A stretch of 64,000 nt of DNA from NCBI GenBank assembly GCA_963666285.1, contig OY762711.1. One strand, written 5' to 3'. The notes beneath the pieces were generated by a model that made no database searches, was not told where the DNA came from, and was given only the letters and a program-made list of their open reading frames with translations. Shown here one piece after another: positions 28,601 through 38,158 of the stretch (its first letter is position 1; each line of letters starts with the position of its first letter). A program made the position numbers and the translations under genes. This DNA is from Sedimentisphaerales bacterium (GTDB lineage: Bacteria > Planctomycetota > Phycisphaerae > Sedimentisphaerales > SM23-30).

Positions 28601-29616
28601 CGTTTGGTCGGGACTAACTGCATGCTGGGAAGCTTACTACGCTGGTCTTCCAATACCTGCTTGAGATCTTCATCTTCAAAAAGTGTTGACCTCAGGCCAA
28701 GAGTATGCTTAGCTGAATGCTGTACTATACTTTGCGACTGCAGTGATTCTGCAACTTCGGAGGCACTATTGAAGCGGTTATCCGGGTTCTTCTCCAGCAG
28801 TCTCAGGATAATATTGTTGAGCCAGTCGGGCAGATCAGGCCGTTTTTCTTTGGGCGGCACCGGCTTTTGCTGAATGTGACTAGCCAAAACCGAAACAGGA
28901 TTGCCCTGAAGGTCCGGGAACGGAACATCACCAGTGGCCATCTCATACATAACTATTCCAAGACTGTACAGGTCAGACCTTGGGTCTAATGATGATTTTG
29001 AGGATGCGTGTTCGGGTGACATATATTCAGCCGAGCCAACAAGCTGAAATTGCTGGGTCAGTTTTCGGTTGGTCTGTATATATGCAATACCGAAATCCAT
29101 CAATACCGGTACAGAATAGTCACTTCTCAGCAACATGACATTACTGGGTTTCAGATCACGATGGACAATTCGTTCGCTATGTGTATGTGCATGCTGTAAG
29201 GCATTACACAATGGTATTGTTAAATTGACAATATCAGATACATCTATATATCGATTTGTATCCCGATGATTTTTGACAATCTGATCCAATGAAGTGCCAT
29301 CAAGCCACTCCAAAACCATATAATACCAGGTACACCCCTGACTGTCTTTCTTTTCGCCGGAATTATAGAAGCGAACAATACCATGATGATTTAGCTTGCT
29401 TAAAACTTCTGCTTCCCTGACAAATCTCTCAACATTAACAGGGTCGGAACAAAAGTGCGGTTTTAATACTTTAACAGCAACTATTCTGTCATTTGCATGG
29501 TCATAGGCCTTAAAAACATATGCCATGCCGCCTTCGAGACGATCATGCAGATCAAAGCCGTCAAGATAAAAGCCATCATTATTGTTTGAGCCAAAATCTG
29601 TCATCTTAGATGCCAA
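25618..29616 (-). CDS. Transmembrane Hanks-type Ser/Thr kinase with large helical ectodomain and FN3 repeats
   Basis: GGMAYVF, VAVKVL, HRDLKPSN, DFGIA, GSAEYMSPE, DLYSLG; single TM; C-terminal FN3 motifs (ISWDAS..YYYWVKAVN). Confidence 0.93.
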   Translation of the reverse strand: MASKMTDFGSNNNDGFYLDGFDLHDRLEGGMAYVFKAYDHANDRIVAVKVLKPHFCSDPVNVERFVREAEVLSKLNHHGIVRFYNSGEKKDSQGCTWYYMVLEWLDGTSLDQIVKNHRDTNRYIDVSDIVNLTIPLCNALQHAHTHSERIVHRDLKPSNVMLLRSDYSVPVLMDFGIAYIQTNRKLTQQFQLVGSAEYMSPEHASSKSSLDPRSDLYSLGIVMYEMATGDVPFPDLQGNPVSVLASHIQQKPVPPKEKRPDLPDWLNNIILRLLEKNPDNRFNSASEVAESLQSQSIVQHSAKHTLGLRSTLFEDEDLKQVLEDQRSKLPSMQLVPTKRTPAAVFIMAGMLLTIFMLAVIAGILFLSNKPYEPSIPSDMIDDAIREFADLRKLDSSEPLKYPDSNSWSSSKYLYNAVRVCNDCLAFDNNTVLAELDRKGSVDMFRNSYNKTLSYVENVLLRQCVQKSPANRYSMQINDKIKWNDIETILYVLNVLNSRNDKRYDEKLLGNKLKQWQSIWNGNNVYSANGQAVSGAIQANNLWDISKSVNSDKSSEDVVRKLKQYNTAVTKLSELKLLIDKTLIDQWQMEKLTGRLAKAKETADEIDDLVKNNNLDQCSLYELKNLYTNLESVKKRIDDLFEDDKQQYVSKVSSLKIDIEKHFAVEKDDLIKLADEEIAKQGKSCPKEIIQPYEKSFKERKEQLNGLIKDKDYAVFVNTFVTFQAEIRSLPDDVRGDSDDRTAKLKSQLEKIINEYEEYVDSLSSEGLDINTFLKQDEIQQALADSQKAENDQDYSLAITGYTKLQEVVSAKWEIWKSYKNAKNLFNMQNSLYSANSLYLDNEFPPGVLKELIKKAEDYESLENYSAAAQKYMELSKELPKAWESWTKEKSDALYSEADNLSKSNSDSDIKQAIQLCDLSLEYNTNNDRSSDLKKKLYDKYIPKITENDIILTGFTINSEPAIRIKWPDTLKGNFVISYANNKNEPEKRLWEGISTSSYEDKKIVSRAEAGDYNYYYLFSVKNDFGELTISKLVDLKELFPGYLLKDITLSHEVNDDSIQLKWNSVSNAEYSVKRKKTGENSWTELTGIKTAAGTCSIEDTLASSGKYTYQVFAKNDLFSRQAEIDVKWEFKLDPPVNLKVEQSDKGYLKISWDASDRADKYMLYKSGSSTGTKKELTGGLSALSYDDSDIKTNEKYYYWVKAVNEKESVESEFSELTLGSFKASECNQLSKPDIELISKGKGNYTLRWKPVLGATRYRIYYYQEKNQNKGSFYYELTSGTSIDISKDNPVEAKWDKCYFWVVAVNENTKSDDSETEYVIFEVKKRKRPRPPI

Positions 29617-29648
29617 AATTCCCTTTCATGTATATATTTGCAGTCAGT

Positions 29649-31202
29649 TCAAAATCCATAATTTGAATGCCTAAATTCTACCTGAGTCTGTCCCATTTGT
29701 ATCCGGTCACCTACCTGCAGCATAACCGGCTGACTGGCCAGGTTTCCGTTTATCAGCGTACCATTTCTGCTGCAATTATGCAGGAAATAATGTCCATCCT
29801 GATACAGTATATTAGCATGGACCCTGGAAGCTCCTACATCCTGTTCAGGTAGTTTAAGATCAACATTTTCTCCACGGCCGCAAGTAATACTATAATCATA
29901 CAGAAATAGTTTTGTATCTACTGCATTGCCTGAAATAACCTGAAGCATGGCATTGGCCTGATCCACAGGTACATCAGAAACGAAAGAATACATCATATCA
30001 AAATCGCGAGGAAGTGCCTGCTGCCTGCCATTGAAAACGCCAACAAGGAAGAAAATCAAACCCAAAACGCCGCAAATAGCACCAAAAGCAGTAAAAAACA
30101 TATTAAACACACATCCGGCACCACCAATAACCAAACCTAAAATAAGCAGTACAATTCCAACGATAATAAAGCCTTTACCGGAAGAACCTGCTCCCTGCAA
30201 GCCGAAATCAGCACCCGGATACAAAAAGCTATCATCATATCCAAAATTGGCCATATTCGACTCGCCGGCCAATACAGCACCAGCCATATCCAAAGCTTCA
30301 CTGGGCTTGACCTGTTCAATAGGTTTGAGTTCTATAACTTCCTGCAAACCAAGCAAACTAACATCAGATATCTGTCGAATGGCTTCAGCAAGCTCAGCAA
30401 CACTGGCATATCGACTGTTAGGACTTTTTGCCAGACATTTCATGACAATAGCGGAGACAGAAGAATCCAGCCCACGGCATTTCTGCTGTATAGGGACAAC
30501 ATCCTGCTTTATTACCGCGGCAAGCACTGCCATCGGATTTTCACCGGAAAAAGGAGGAACACCAGAGAGACATTCATACATTACAGCACCAAGGCTATAG
30601 ATATCTGAACGCTGATCAATCTGATTCACATAAGTATGATTCATACGTTCCGGAGCCATATATTCCGGCCGACCGAGGATTAACTTACCTGTCATGTTGC
30701 TACGTTCACTAGGGGCGGCAATGCCAAAATCAGCGAGTTTGACTTGCGAAACTATACCCTGATTCATACCGACAAAGATATTATTGGGCTTAATATCACG
30801 ATGAGCCCTTATCCTTGCAGCTTCATAGGCATACTGCAGGGCAACACAAGTATGAAATATTATTTTAGAAACATTGTCCCAGCTAACAGGGTACTGCCGG
30901 CAATATTTCTTTTCCTCTAAAATATCATCCAAAGTCGGATAATTAATCCATTCCATCATCATATATGATCTGCTCGGATCAGATCCAACCTGGCCATCCA
31001 TAGTATATACAATTGCAGGATGTCGACCGATAGCCATGCCTATACGCAATTCTCTATCAAAACGAGATAAAGAACATTCGGGGCGCGGAATTTTTACAGC
31101 CACTGTTCCATATTCGGCAACATTGCCTTTATAAACAGAAGCCATACCTCCACCCTGCATGTATTCAAGGTCACCAAGTTTTTCCAGCCCAGGGAGAATC
31201 AT
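29649..31202 (-). CDS. Ser/Thr kinase - two TM helices - FHA domain
   Basis: GGGMASVY, VAVKIP, HRDIKPNN, DFGIA, YMAPE; FHA CGR..ASRVHA..SRNGT..GDRIQMG. Confidence 0.92.
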   Translation of the reverse strand: MILPGLEKLGDLEYMQGGGMASVYKGNVAEYGTVAVKIPRPECSLSRFDRELRIGMAIGRHPAIVYTMDGQVGSDPSRSYMMMEWINYPTLDDILEEKKYCRQYPVSWDNVSKIIFHTCVALQYAYEAARIRAHRDIKPNNIFVGMNQGIVSQVKLADFGIAAPSERSNMTGKLILGRPEYMAPERMNHTYVNQIDQRSDIYSLGAVMYECLSGVPPFSGENPMAVLAAVIKQDVVPIQQKCRGLDSSVSAIVMKCLAKSPNSRYASVAELAEAIRQISDVSLLGLQEVIELKPIEQVKPSEALDMAGAVLAGESNMANFGYDDSFLYPGADFGLQGAGSSGKGFIIVGIVLLILGLVIGGAGCVFNMFFTAFGAICGVLGLIFFLVGVFNGRQQALPRDFDMMYSFVSDVPVDQANAMLQVISGNAVDTKLFLYDYSITCGRGENVDLKLPEQDVGASRVHANILYQDGHYFLHNCSRNGTLINGNLASQPVMLQVGDRIQMGQTQVEFRHSNYGF

Positions 31203-31206
31203 AATA

Positions 31207-32469
31207 TTATCTTATGCCGTACCCTTCAGTTTGAGCAGTATCATTCATACCGGGATCTACCTCAGGGAGATTTTGTCCTGATACAGATGCCGATTTTCTT
31301 CCACGGAGCTGAATTCCGGCAATAAGTAATCCAGCAATAATAATCAAGGCTAAAAATGCCGGGACACTAATAGACAAAATTCTTTCCCAGAAAGATTTTG
31401 CAGTGAATATAGCAGTCTGGAAACTGGTGCTAACTTGAGTTTCACCTATTTCAGGCTCATTGATAACTATAGCGAAATTATGTGTCAGGCCGTCACCCGG
31501 ACACAAATCGGCAGGAACGGTAACTACCAGTCCCAGATGCGGGGCTGTCAATGTTTCAAACTGAGGCCTGTAGTCGGTTTTATTATAATCAGGCTGCCAT
31601 ATCGCACCGCCGGTATTGCTACTGATCAGATCAGCATGAGATTCGTTATAGTTTTTACCTTCGGGAGTGAAGATGATCACCTTGATATTTTTTTCAATGG
31701 CCTTGTTCTTGACAGCTTCAAATGTAACACTGCTGGCATCATCCTCAAGAGTACTGAAAACAATCAATACTTTTCTCTGGACCAGTTTCTGGTCGTCGGT
31801 AATATCAGGATAACTGTCAATTAAAGAATTCATGGCATCGTATATTCTGACAGAAGTAATATCATTTAACGACATCACATCTTTGCGGCAGGTCTTGACA
31901 CCACTATCGATATCATTTTTTACCTGCTGGACATCATCACCAACAGTGCGCCAGTTCACAAATGGAGTAGGACTGCTTTCATAGTTGGCTGATGACAGAT
32001 AAATCATATCTTCAGGAGCGAGCTGATCAATAACCTGACCGGCACATAACTTCAACTGAAGCATAACATCGCTTAACGCCCAGCTCTGGTCAAACAAGAA
32101 CGCGACATGAAGCCCCATATCACCGTAATAGCTGTGAGCCATCGAAACCAGATCCTGCTGAACAAGATTACCATCTGCATAAACCTGGACATCAGTTAAA
32201 TCGACATTTCCCAGGCTCACACCACCATCAAGGGCAAAGCCAAGATAATGAATACCCTGATCCTGGTCAGGAAGATAGCAGAACTGACTGCCCTGGCCCA
32301 TCGGAAGCTGAAACCCACATGCCGGATCTGTCGATGGCTGATCGATAGTCATAGCTCCATTACTATTGACCAGAGAACAGGGTAACCCCTGCAGTACAGT
32401 ATCCGCATATAAAAAGTTCGCCGTTAATAACACTATCGAAAAAATGCTGATTAATTTTTGATACTTCAT
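31207..32469 (-). CDS. Exported vWA-like protein with C-terminal membrane anchor (degenerate MIDAS)
   Basis: Signal peptide; VAFLFDQSWA, RIYDAM, KVLIVFSTLED, ISSNTGG; C-terminal TM. Confidence 0.7.
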   Translation of the reverse strand: MKYQKLISIFSIVLLTANFLYADTVLQGLPCSLVNSNGAMTIDQPSTDPACGFQLPMGQGSQFCYLPDQDQGIHYLGFALDGGVSLGNVDLTDVQVYADGNLVQQDLVSMAHSYYGDMGLHVAFLFDQSWALSDVMLQLKLCAGQVIDQLAPEDMIYLSSANYESSPTPFVNWRTVGDDVQQVKNDIDSGVKTCRKDVMSLNDITSVRIYDAMNSLIDSYPDITDDQKLVQRKVLIVFSTLEDDASSVTFEAVKNKAIEKNIKVIIFTPEGKNYNESHADLISSNTGGAIWQPDYNKTDYRPQFETLTAPHLGLVVTVPADLCPGDGLTHNFAIVINEPEIGETQVSTSFQTAIFTAKSFWERILSISVPAFLALIIIAGLLIAGIQLRGRKSASVSGQNLPEVDPGMNDTAQTEGYGIR

Positions 32470-32505
32470 TTTTAATTCCTATATTTAATTAGTTGCCATT
32501 CCCAT

Positions 32506-35500
32506 TTATTTTTTTACTGTTTTAGTGCTCATATAATCCTGACCACTTTCATCTTTTCCTGTCAAACTTATTTCTATTATATTATTAGGATTTTCTATTA
32601 TTTTAACTTTACTGTCGTCTGTAACAACAATACTATCAGACTTATCATTAACTCTTGTAATATTAGAACTCAATATTTCTTTCCCACTCCCTTTGATATG
32701 AATCTTAATCACACCACTAATAAGGTCAACATTAGCCCATTCACAAAATATGGATTTTTTATCCTTATTATATGTAGCTTCAAGAATATAAATACCAAGA
32801 TTTGCGTTTACCTCGACAGACTCGTCAAGTTTATCTGTACCTGATAAGTTAGTATTATTACCTGGACTACTAGGTTTACTATCAATATCTAATAAATCAA
32901 TAGATACCTTTATTTGACTCCAGCTTGAGTTCCCAAAACGATTTTTAGCTCTTACAAAATAGATGTATTCTTTGATGGGTTTTATTTTATCTAAATGATC
33001 TTTAAATTGTTTGTCATCATATTCTATTTCATTATAATCTGAAACAAGAATATTGTCTTTTTCCGGACTATAATGGCCAATTCTTCCCCACCCGATATCA
33101 TAAGAAACAGGAAAATTATCAAAAGCATCACCATATAAAACTTTAACCGAATCACCATATTCATTTAAACTTGCCGCAGGCTCAGGTTTCCCATCTTGAC
33201 TAGTACTAAGACGATGTGATAAACAAGGAATAAATTTATTTACAATGGATTTCATTAATCCATTAATTTCTTTTTCCACATCATAGGAATGTAAAGGTTC
33301 TGACTCAAATTTTTTATAACCATTTAACAATCCCTCTAACTTAACATACAATTTCACAGCTTTTTCATAATCTCCAATTTGCTCAATTCCATTGTCCTTT
33401 AAATAACTTTCTATTTTTCCATTATAAGACTCCAGGAAACCATTAACATAGTCATTATAATCAAAAGGAGAATTAAGATTTACCACAGAATTGATAGCAT
33501 CATGCAATTTACTACAACCATGAGGATCAATATCACTATCGCACAACTCTTGGATACCTCTTAAGCTATCCTTACACTTAGTATTCCAGTTTTTACAGAA
33601 TTCATTATATTTATTATCAATAACCGTGCGAAGAGAACCAAGAATACTATAAGCCAGACCAAAATCATTTCTAGAAATTTCATCATTAACCAGACTCAAT
33701 TTATCATCAATAATTTTATTTAATTCCCTTTTAAACTCTTCTTTTAACTCATTATTAAATTTCTCGCATAATTCATCGCAACGAGTAGAAAGACCTGCCT
33801 TCTCAGATTCCAATATACTTTTAATTTCTTTTACCAGAGATGTTTTTACTAAATCGTATTTTCCTAGAACATCTTTTTCTCCCATAAAAAGTAATTCTGT
33901 GCTCTGGCTATCTAGATTATCAAATAACGCAATTAAGTTGTTTGGGTCACTGTTAGAATTATTTTGAATAACATCGAGACAGGTATATATCTCCGTTTCA
34001 GTTTTTGCAGCATCAGTAATTCTCTGGTTTACAACCTCGATATTCGGTATAGATATTTCATCTCCAAACTCACATCCAGTTACAACAGTATTTATAGCTT
34101 GAGCATATTTTTTAGCTTTTTCAATAGTCATATCTTTTGCGTTAAAAGTAGTTTCGGAATCCCAAAAAACATTTACTAATTTAGAAGCATTAAAATATTC
34201 TTCTTTTGGATTATCATTTCTGATATCAAAGTCTTTTTGACCACCCCAGACAGCCTCCCACTTATTTAGCTCATTTTCCAAGGTAGTGGAAGGCTCGCTG
34301 CACAAAGAATTAATTATTATAAGAAAATTCTTAACTTCATCCCAGCTAACATTTGCAATTGATTCAGGTAATTTACTGCGACCCTCAACAGGATAAATAA
34401 AACACATTCTAAGTAAATTCTGCTGAATCATATCATATGATTGAATATAAGCATACCGCATTTCAGAAGGACAATTATTTTTTAGTGATTCAAATATTAT
34501 TTCAGAACCATCTTGACTGGAACAATTATAAAAGTTTTTTATTAAGCCACATAGATTAACAATATTATTAGCTCGATAAAATTGACTCAAACTCCGCCGA
34601 AGATCATCATATTTAATTATAGGTACAATATTACCACCTATTTCTCCGACAACATTAGAAGTAGCATCACTACCAGAAAGTTCTTCATTATTTTCACCAG
34701 TTTCGGAATCAAGATCAAGATTGCTGCCTATTTCCTGAATTCCACCCTGTGTTTGAGTACTATCATCACTTTTCTCAGTTGTGGGAGTATCACCATTGGT
34801 AACTTCGGGGGCATTGCCTTTATTCGCAAAAAGGACGAAAATCAGCACAATTGCGACCAGGCAAGTCAGCGATATGCCGCCGAGCAGGAAAAGGGGATTA
34901 AATCGTCCGGAACCGGAAGAACCACTTTCATAAGATTCTTCTGAAAAGGCTGTTGGAACAGCTGAGACATCGGTCTGGGCAATCTTTTTCTTGCTTAGAT
35001 CTCCGATTTTTCCGCCTGGCAGGGTTATAATTTTACCCGGCTTATAACCAGCAGGCATCTGTCCAAAATCACTGCTTTGTTCGACCCTGAAAATAAGACA
35101 GGTAGCATTATCAGAACCATCTCGCCGGACCGCAGTAGTAACAACATTCTCGGCAGCTGCTTGCAATAATGGCTGAGAACTGATAATCGCAGGGTAGTCT
35201 TCCGGTCCCATACACAGTGGAGGATTTTTTTCCAGGCCACCATGAACACCATCACAGCAAAGTAAGAATGTTTGCCCTGAAGCAATATCAATAGAAAACG
35301 GATCAATACGCGGGTCAACGGCACCACCGGTACCGACCATATGAGTAACCTGGTTGCCGCCTACATGCTGGACGGCCACCTCAGGGGCAACGCCCTGCTT
35401 AATGAGATCATTCAACGCCGAATGGTCCTCGGTAAGCTGGGTAGAGGAAACAGGGTCAACCTGGTAAACGCGGCCATCGCCAACATGAACAATAAGCACC

Positions 35501-35865
35501 TTATTATTAGTAACAACGGCCAGATCCGCGGTAGTTCCCATAGCGGAGACATGTTTTGCCCGAGCCATATTATATATCTGGCGGTTTAACTCAGAGACAT
35601 ACTGTTTCATTTCACAAAGCAGAATCTCCTCGGAAGAATCCCCTGTATATTGCGAAAAATGCTCAAGCAGCTGGTTGACCACAAGCTGGCTGGCCTCATC
35701 TCCGGCATGACCGCCACCCATCCCATCAGCCACGACAAAAACAGCCCTGATTGTTGATGGAACAGGTGATATCCAAACGCCCGCAGAATCCTGATTGATA
35801 GACCTCTCTTTACCTACATGCGTGGCAATACCGAAACTAAATCCAACTGTCTGTGATTCCAGCAT
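32506..35865 (-). CDS. Receptor-like PP2C (PPM) Ser/Thr phosphatase with TM and large ectodomain
   Basis: THVGKERSINQD, VADGMGG, HVGDGRVY, LLCCDGV, DGSDNAT; single TM; ~750-aa extracytoplasmic part. Confidence 0.92.
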   Translation of the reverse strand: MLESQTVGFSFGIATHVGKERSINQDSAGVWISPVPSTIRAVFVVADGMGGGHAGDEASQLVVNQLLEHFSQYTGDSSEEILLCEMKQYVSELNRQIYNMARAKHVSAMGTTADLAVVTNNKVLIVHVGDGRVYQVDPVSSTQLTEDHSALNDLIKQGVAPEVAVQHVGGNQVTHMVGTGGAVDPRIDPFSIDIASGQTFLLCCDGVHGGLEKNPPLCMGPEDYPAIISSQPLLQAAAENVVTTAVRRDGSDNATCLIFRVEQSSDFGQMPAGYKPGKIITLPGGKIGDLSKKKIAQTDVSAVPTAFSEESYESGSSGSGRFNPLFLLGGISLTCLVAIVLIFVLFANKGNAPEVTNGDTPTTEKSDDSTQTQGGIQEIGSNLDLDSETGENNEELSGSDATSNVVGEIGGNIVPIIKYDDLRRSLSQFYRANNIVNLCGLIKNFYNCSSQDGSEIIFESLKNNCPSEMRYAYIQSYDMIQQNLLRMCFIYPVEGRSKLPESIANVSWDEVKNFLIIINSLCSEPSTTLENELNKWEAVWGGQKDFDIRNDNPKEEYFNASKLVNVFWDSETTFNAKDMTIEKAKKYAQAINTVVTGCEFGDEISIPNIEVVNQRITDAAKTETEIYTCLDVIQNNSNSDPNNLIALFDNLDSQSTELLFMGEKDVLGKYDLVKTSLVKEIKSILESEKAGLSTRCDELCEKFNNELKEEFKRELNKIIDDKLSLVNDEISRNDFGLAYSILGSLRTVIDNKYNEFCKNWNTKCKDSLRGIQELCDSDIDPHGCSKLHDAINSVVNLNSPFDYNDYVNGFLESYNGKIESYLKDNGIEQIGDYEKAVKLYVKLEGLLNGYKKFESEPLHSYDVEKEINGLMKSIVNKFIPCLSHRLSTSQDGKPEPAASLNEYGDSVKVLYGDAFDNFPVSYDIGWGRIGHYSPEKDNILVSDYNEIEYDDKQFKDHLDKIKPIKEYIYFVRAKNRFGNSSWSQIKVSIDLLDIDSKPSSPGNNTNLSGTDKLDESVEVNANLGIYILEATYNKDKKSIFCEWANVDLISGVIKIHIKGSGKEILSSNITRVNDKSDSIVVTDDSKVKIIENPNNIIEISLTGKDESGQDYMSTKTVKK

Positions 35866-35900
35866 ATCATCTCCAATATTATCTCAGCCTAATATAAACC

Positions 35901-36680
35901 TTATCCATTAAAATCTGGCAAATGTTCAGGTGATTCTTGAGGTTCAATGATCATAATTTTCAGCCTGGTTTCACCTAAAACAAGATAGTCACCATCTTCC
36001 AGAACAGTCTTTTTGTTAATTCGCCCTTTTTCTTCACCTCGTTCCAAAATGGTACCATTAGCAGAGCCAAGATCAATCACGCTTACTTTCTGGGTGTCCT
36101 GATCTTCCAGAAGCATACAATGTTCACCACTCATATTGTTATCCTCAGGGAATGACAATTCGCAACTGGCATTTCTACCTATCCTGTTTCTTTTTAACGA
36201 GCCGTCCGGACCTTTCATCGCAAGAGAGAAGTTCATCCCATGATTTTTTCCGCCAAACTGGGTTAGATTTACTACCCTGCTTGGAACAGCATTGATTATC
36301 ATGGTACCTTTATTGATAGCAGGCGCGGTAAGCGGTGCCCGATTGGCCATCTCAGCAACCTTTCGATCAGCTTCTTCACGTGCCCTTGCAATCTCAGCCT
36401 GACTCTGTGCCAACTGCTGCTGCATACTAGACATCATTCGCTGACGTTCGATCTCTTCCGGAGTAGGTCCGCCCGGAACAATAATGTAAATGAAAAGTCC
36501 AATTAAACCTAATGCCGGGATAGCAACAAAGGCGGCCCAGCCGACACTTTTACCTGACCGTTTAGCGTCACTTGCAACCCAGATAGCCATGAGGATTTGA
36601 ATAATCACTGCCAACACAGCTAAGCCGATCCAAACATATAATAACGTATTGCTATTAACATTCGAGCTAGTTAAATTCAT
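35901..36680 (-). CDS. Two-TM, coiled-coil, FHA domain protein
   Basis: WVASDAKR..W (PLDc_N-like TM pair); FHA IGR..MSGEHC..DLGSANGT. Confidence 0.88.
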   Translation of the reverse strand: MNLTSSNVNSNTLLYVWIGLAVLAVIIQILMAIWVASDAKRSGKSVGWAAFVAIPALGLIGLFIYIIVPGGPTPEEIERQRMMSSMQQQLAQSQAEIARAREEADRKVAEMANRAPLTAPAINKGTMIINAVPSRVVNLTQFGGKNHGMNFSLAMKGPDGSLKRNRIGRNASCELSFPEDNNMSGEHCMLLEDQDTQKVSVIDLGSANGTILERGEEKGRINKKTVLEDGDYLVLGETRLKIMIIEPQESPEHLPDFNG

Positions 36681-36699
36681 ATTATTTCCTTTCTTCGTA

Positions 36700-37122
36700 T
36701 TATCTACCTAAATCATTCCGATTAAATTCACTGATATTCAGAAGCAATTCTGTGCTTCCAACCCAGATACGATCACCATTTTTAAGAAATTCTTTTCCAG
36801 AAACCTGAATGCGATTATCAATTCCTCTACAAACTAAAGTAGGATTAGTAGAGGCTAAATTAAATAAACATAAATGCCCATCTTCCATACGAATTTCACA
36901 ATGCCGTTTACTAACTGAAGGGTCACCACTTATGACAACCTGGCATTCTGCGCTGCTTCCAACAACATTACGGACCGGATTGCCCTGAAAATCTTCAATA
37001 GCAATTGAATATTCACGGTGTAAATCCCTTCCGGAAACAACCACCAGACGGGCACTCCTTCGTCCAACCCCCTGAGGCTGGATAATAACCGTATGTTTTG
37101 GATTCCTATCAGAGTTATTCAT
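36700..37122 (-). CDS. Stand-alone FHA domain protein (duplicate of the upstream gene's C-terminus)
   Basis: VGSS..VSKRHC..STNPT..GDRIWVG; high identity to 37142-37535. Confidence 0.85.
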   Translation of the reverse strand: MNNSDRNPKHTVIIQPQGVGRRSARLVVVSGRDLHREYSIAIEDFQGNPVRNVVGSSAECQVVISGDPSVSKRHCEIRMEDGHLCLFNLASTNPTLVCRGIDNRIQVSGKEFLKNGDRIWVGSTELLLNISEFNRNDLGR

Positions 37123-37141
37123 ACAATTTCCTTTCTTCCTT

Positions 37142-38140
37142 TTATCTGCCTAAATCATTTTGATTAAATTCGCTTACATACAGCTGCAATTCTGTACTTC
37201 CAACCCAGATACGATCACTGTTTTTAAGAAATTCTTTTCCAGAAACCTGGATACGATTATCTAAACCTCTACAGACAAGAGTTGGATTAGTAGAGGCAAG
37301 ATTAAACAGACATAAATGGCCATTCTCCATGCGAATCTCACAGTGCCGCTTGCTAATAGATGGATCACCACTCAAGACAACCTGACATTCTGCACTGCTT
37401 CCAATAACATTATGAACCGGATTGCCCTGGAAATCCTCGATGGAAATGGTATATTCACGATGTAAATCTCTGCCAGAAACAACAACAAGTCTGGCACTTC
37501 TAAATCCAACCCCCTGAGGCTGGATCATAACTGTAGCCTTTGACATATCTCCACCGGTTGTTATTGTCCTGGTTGGAGGTAACGGCGTACCGCCAGCCGG
37601 AGGAGTTAAAGGCGGCAACGGCGGTCTTTTACTCGCTCCCCCCAGATAAACCATCAGGAATACCGGAAAAATTAAAGAAAGCGCTACCAGCAAAATCACC
37701 ACAATCACATTTGCGACTAAGATATCTTCTACACTAACAGAGCGAGAATGGTAATTCACCATTGAAACAAAGATCATAAAAATGAAAACGGTTAAAATAT
37801 CGAGAGTCAGCTTCATAATACCATACACAAAGCAGAAAGTTCTACCCCATCGTTTATTCTGAGCCAAACCAATCCCACCGATCATCAATAGCAAAGGGAT
37901 TAGTAAAATTAAAGACAGAACTAACACAGATAGAGCGATCTTGTGTGTAACAGCAGCTAAAACAGAAGCCCAAATATGCGAAATTGATCCAAAAAGAGTA
38001 AAAACAATATCACCAATTTGCAACAAAATCATATTGCCAGACATTTGCCCTGCAATTAAAAGTGCGCAACCGACAAAACCAAATACACCGAAAATAATCG
38101 CTACAACACCTGCGGCTGTAGTATTCTTTTGATTATTCAT
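37142..38140 (-). CDS. Multi-TM membrane protein with Pro-rich linker and C-terminal FHA domain
   Basis: Four or more hydrophobic helices, PPLPPLTPP linker, FHA IGSS..ISKRHC..STNPT. Confidence 0.85.
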   Translation of the reverse strand: MNNQKNTTAAGVVAIIFGVFGFVGCALLIAGQMSGNMILLQIGDIVFTLFGSISHIWASVLAAVTHKIALSVLVLSLILLIPLLLMIGGIGLAQNKRWGRTFCFVYGIMKLTLDILTVFIFMIFVSMVNYHSRSVSVEDILVANVIVVILLVALSLIFPVFLMVYLGGASKRPPLPPLTPPAGGTPLPPTRTITTGGDMSKATVMIQPQGVGFRSARLVVVSGRDLHREYTISIEDFQGNPVHNVIGSSAECQVVLSGDPSISKRHCEIRMENGHLCLFNLASTNPTLVCRGLDNRIQVSGKEFLKNSDRIWVGSTELQLYVSEFNQNDLGR

Positions 38141-38158
38141 AACCGGTTCTCCTTTTTA

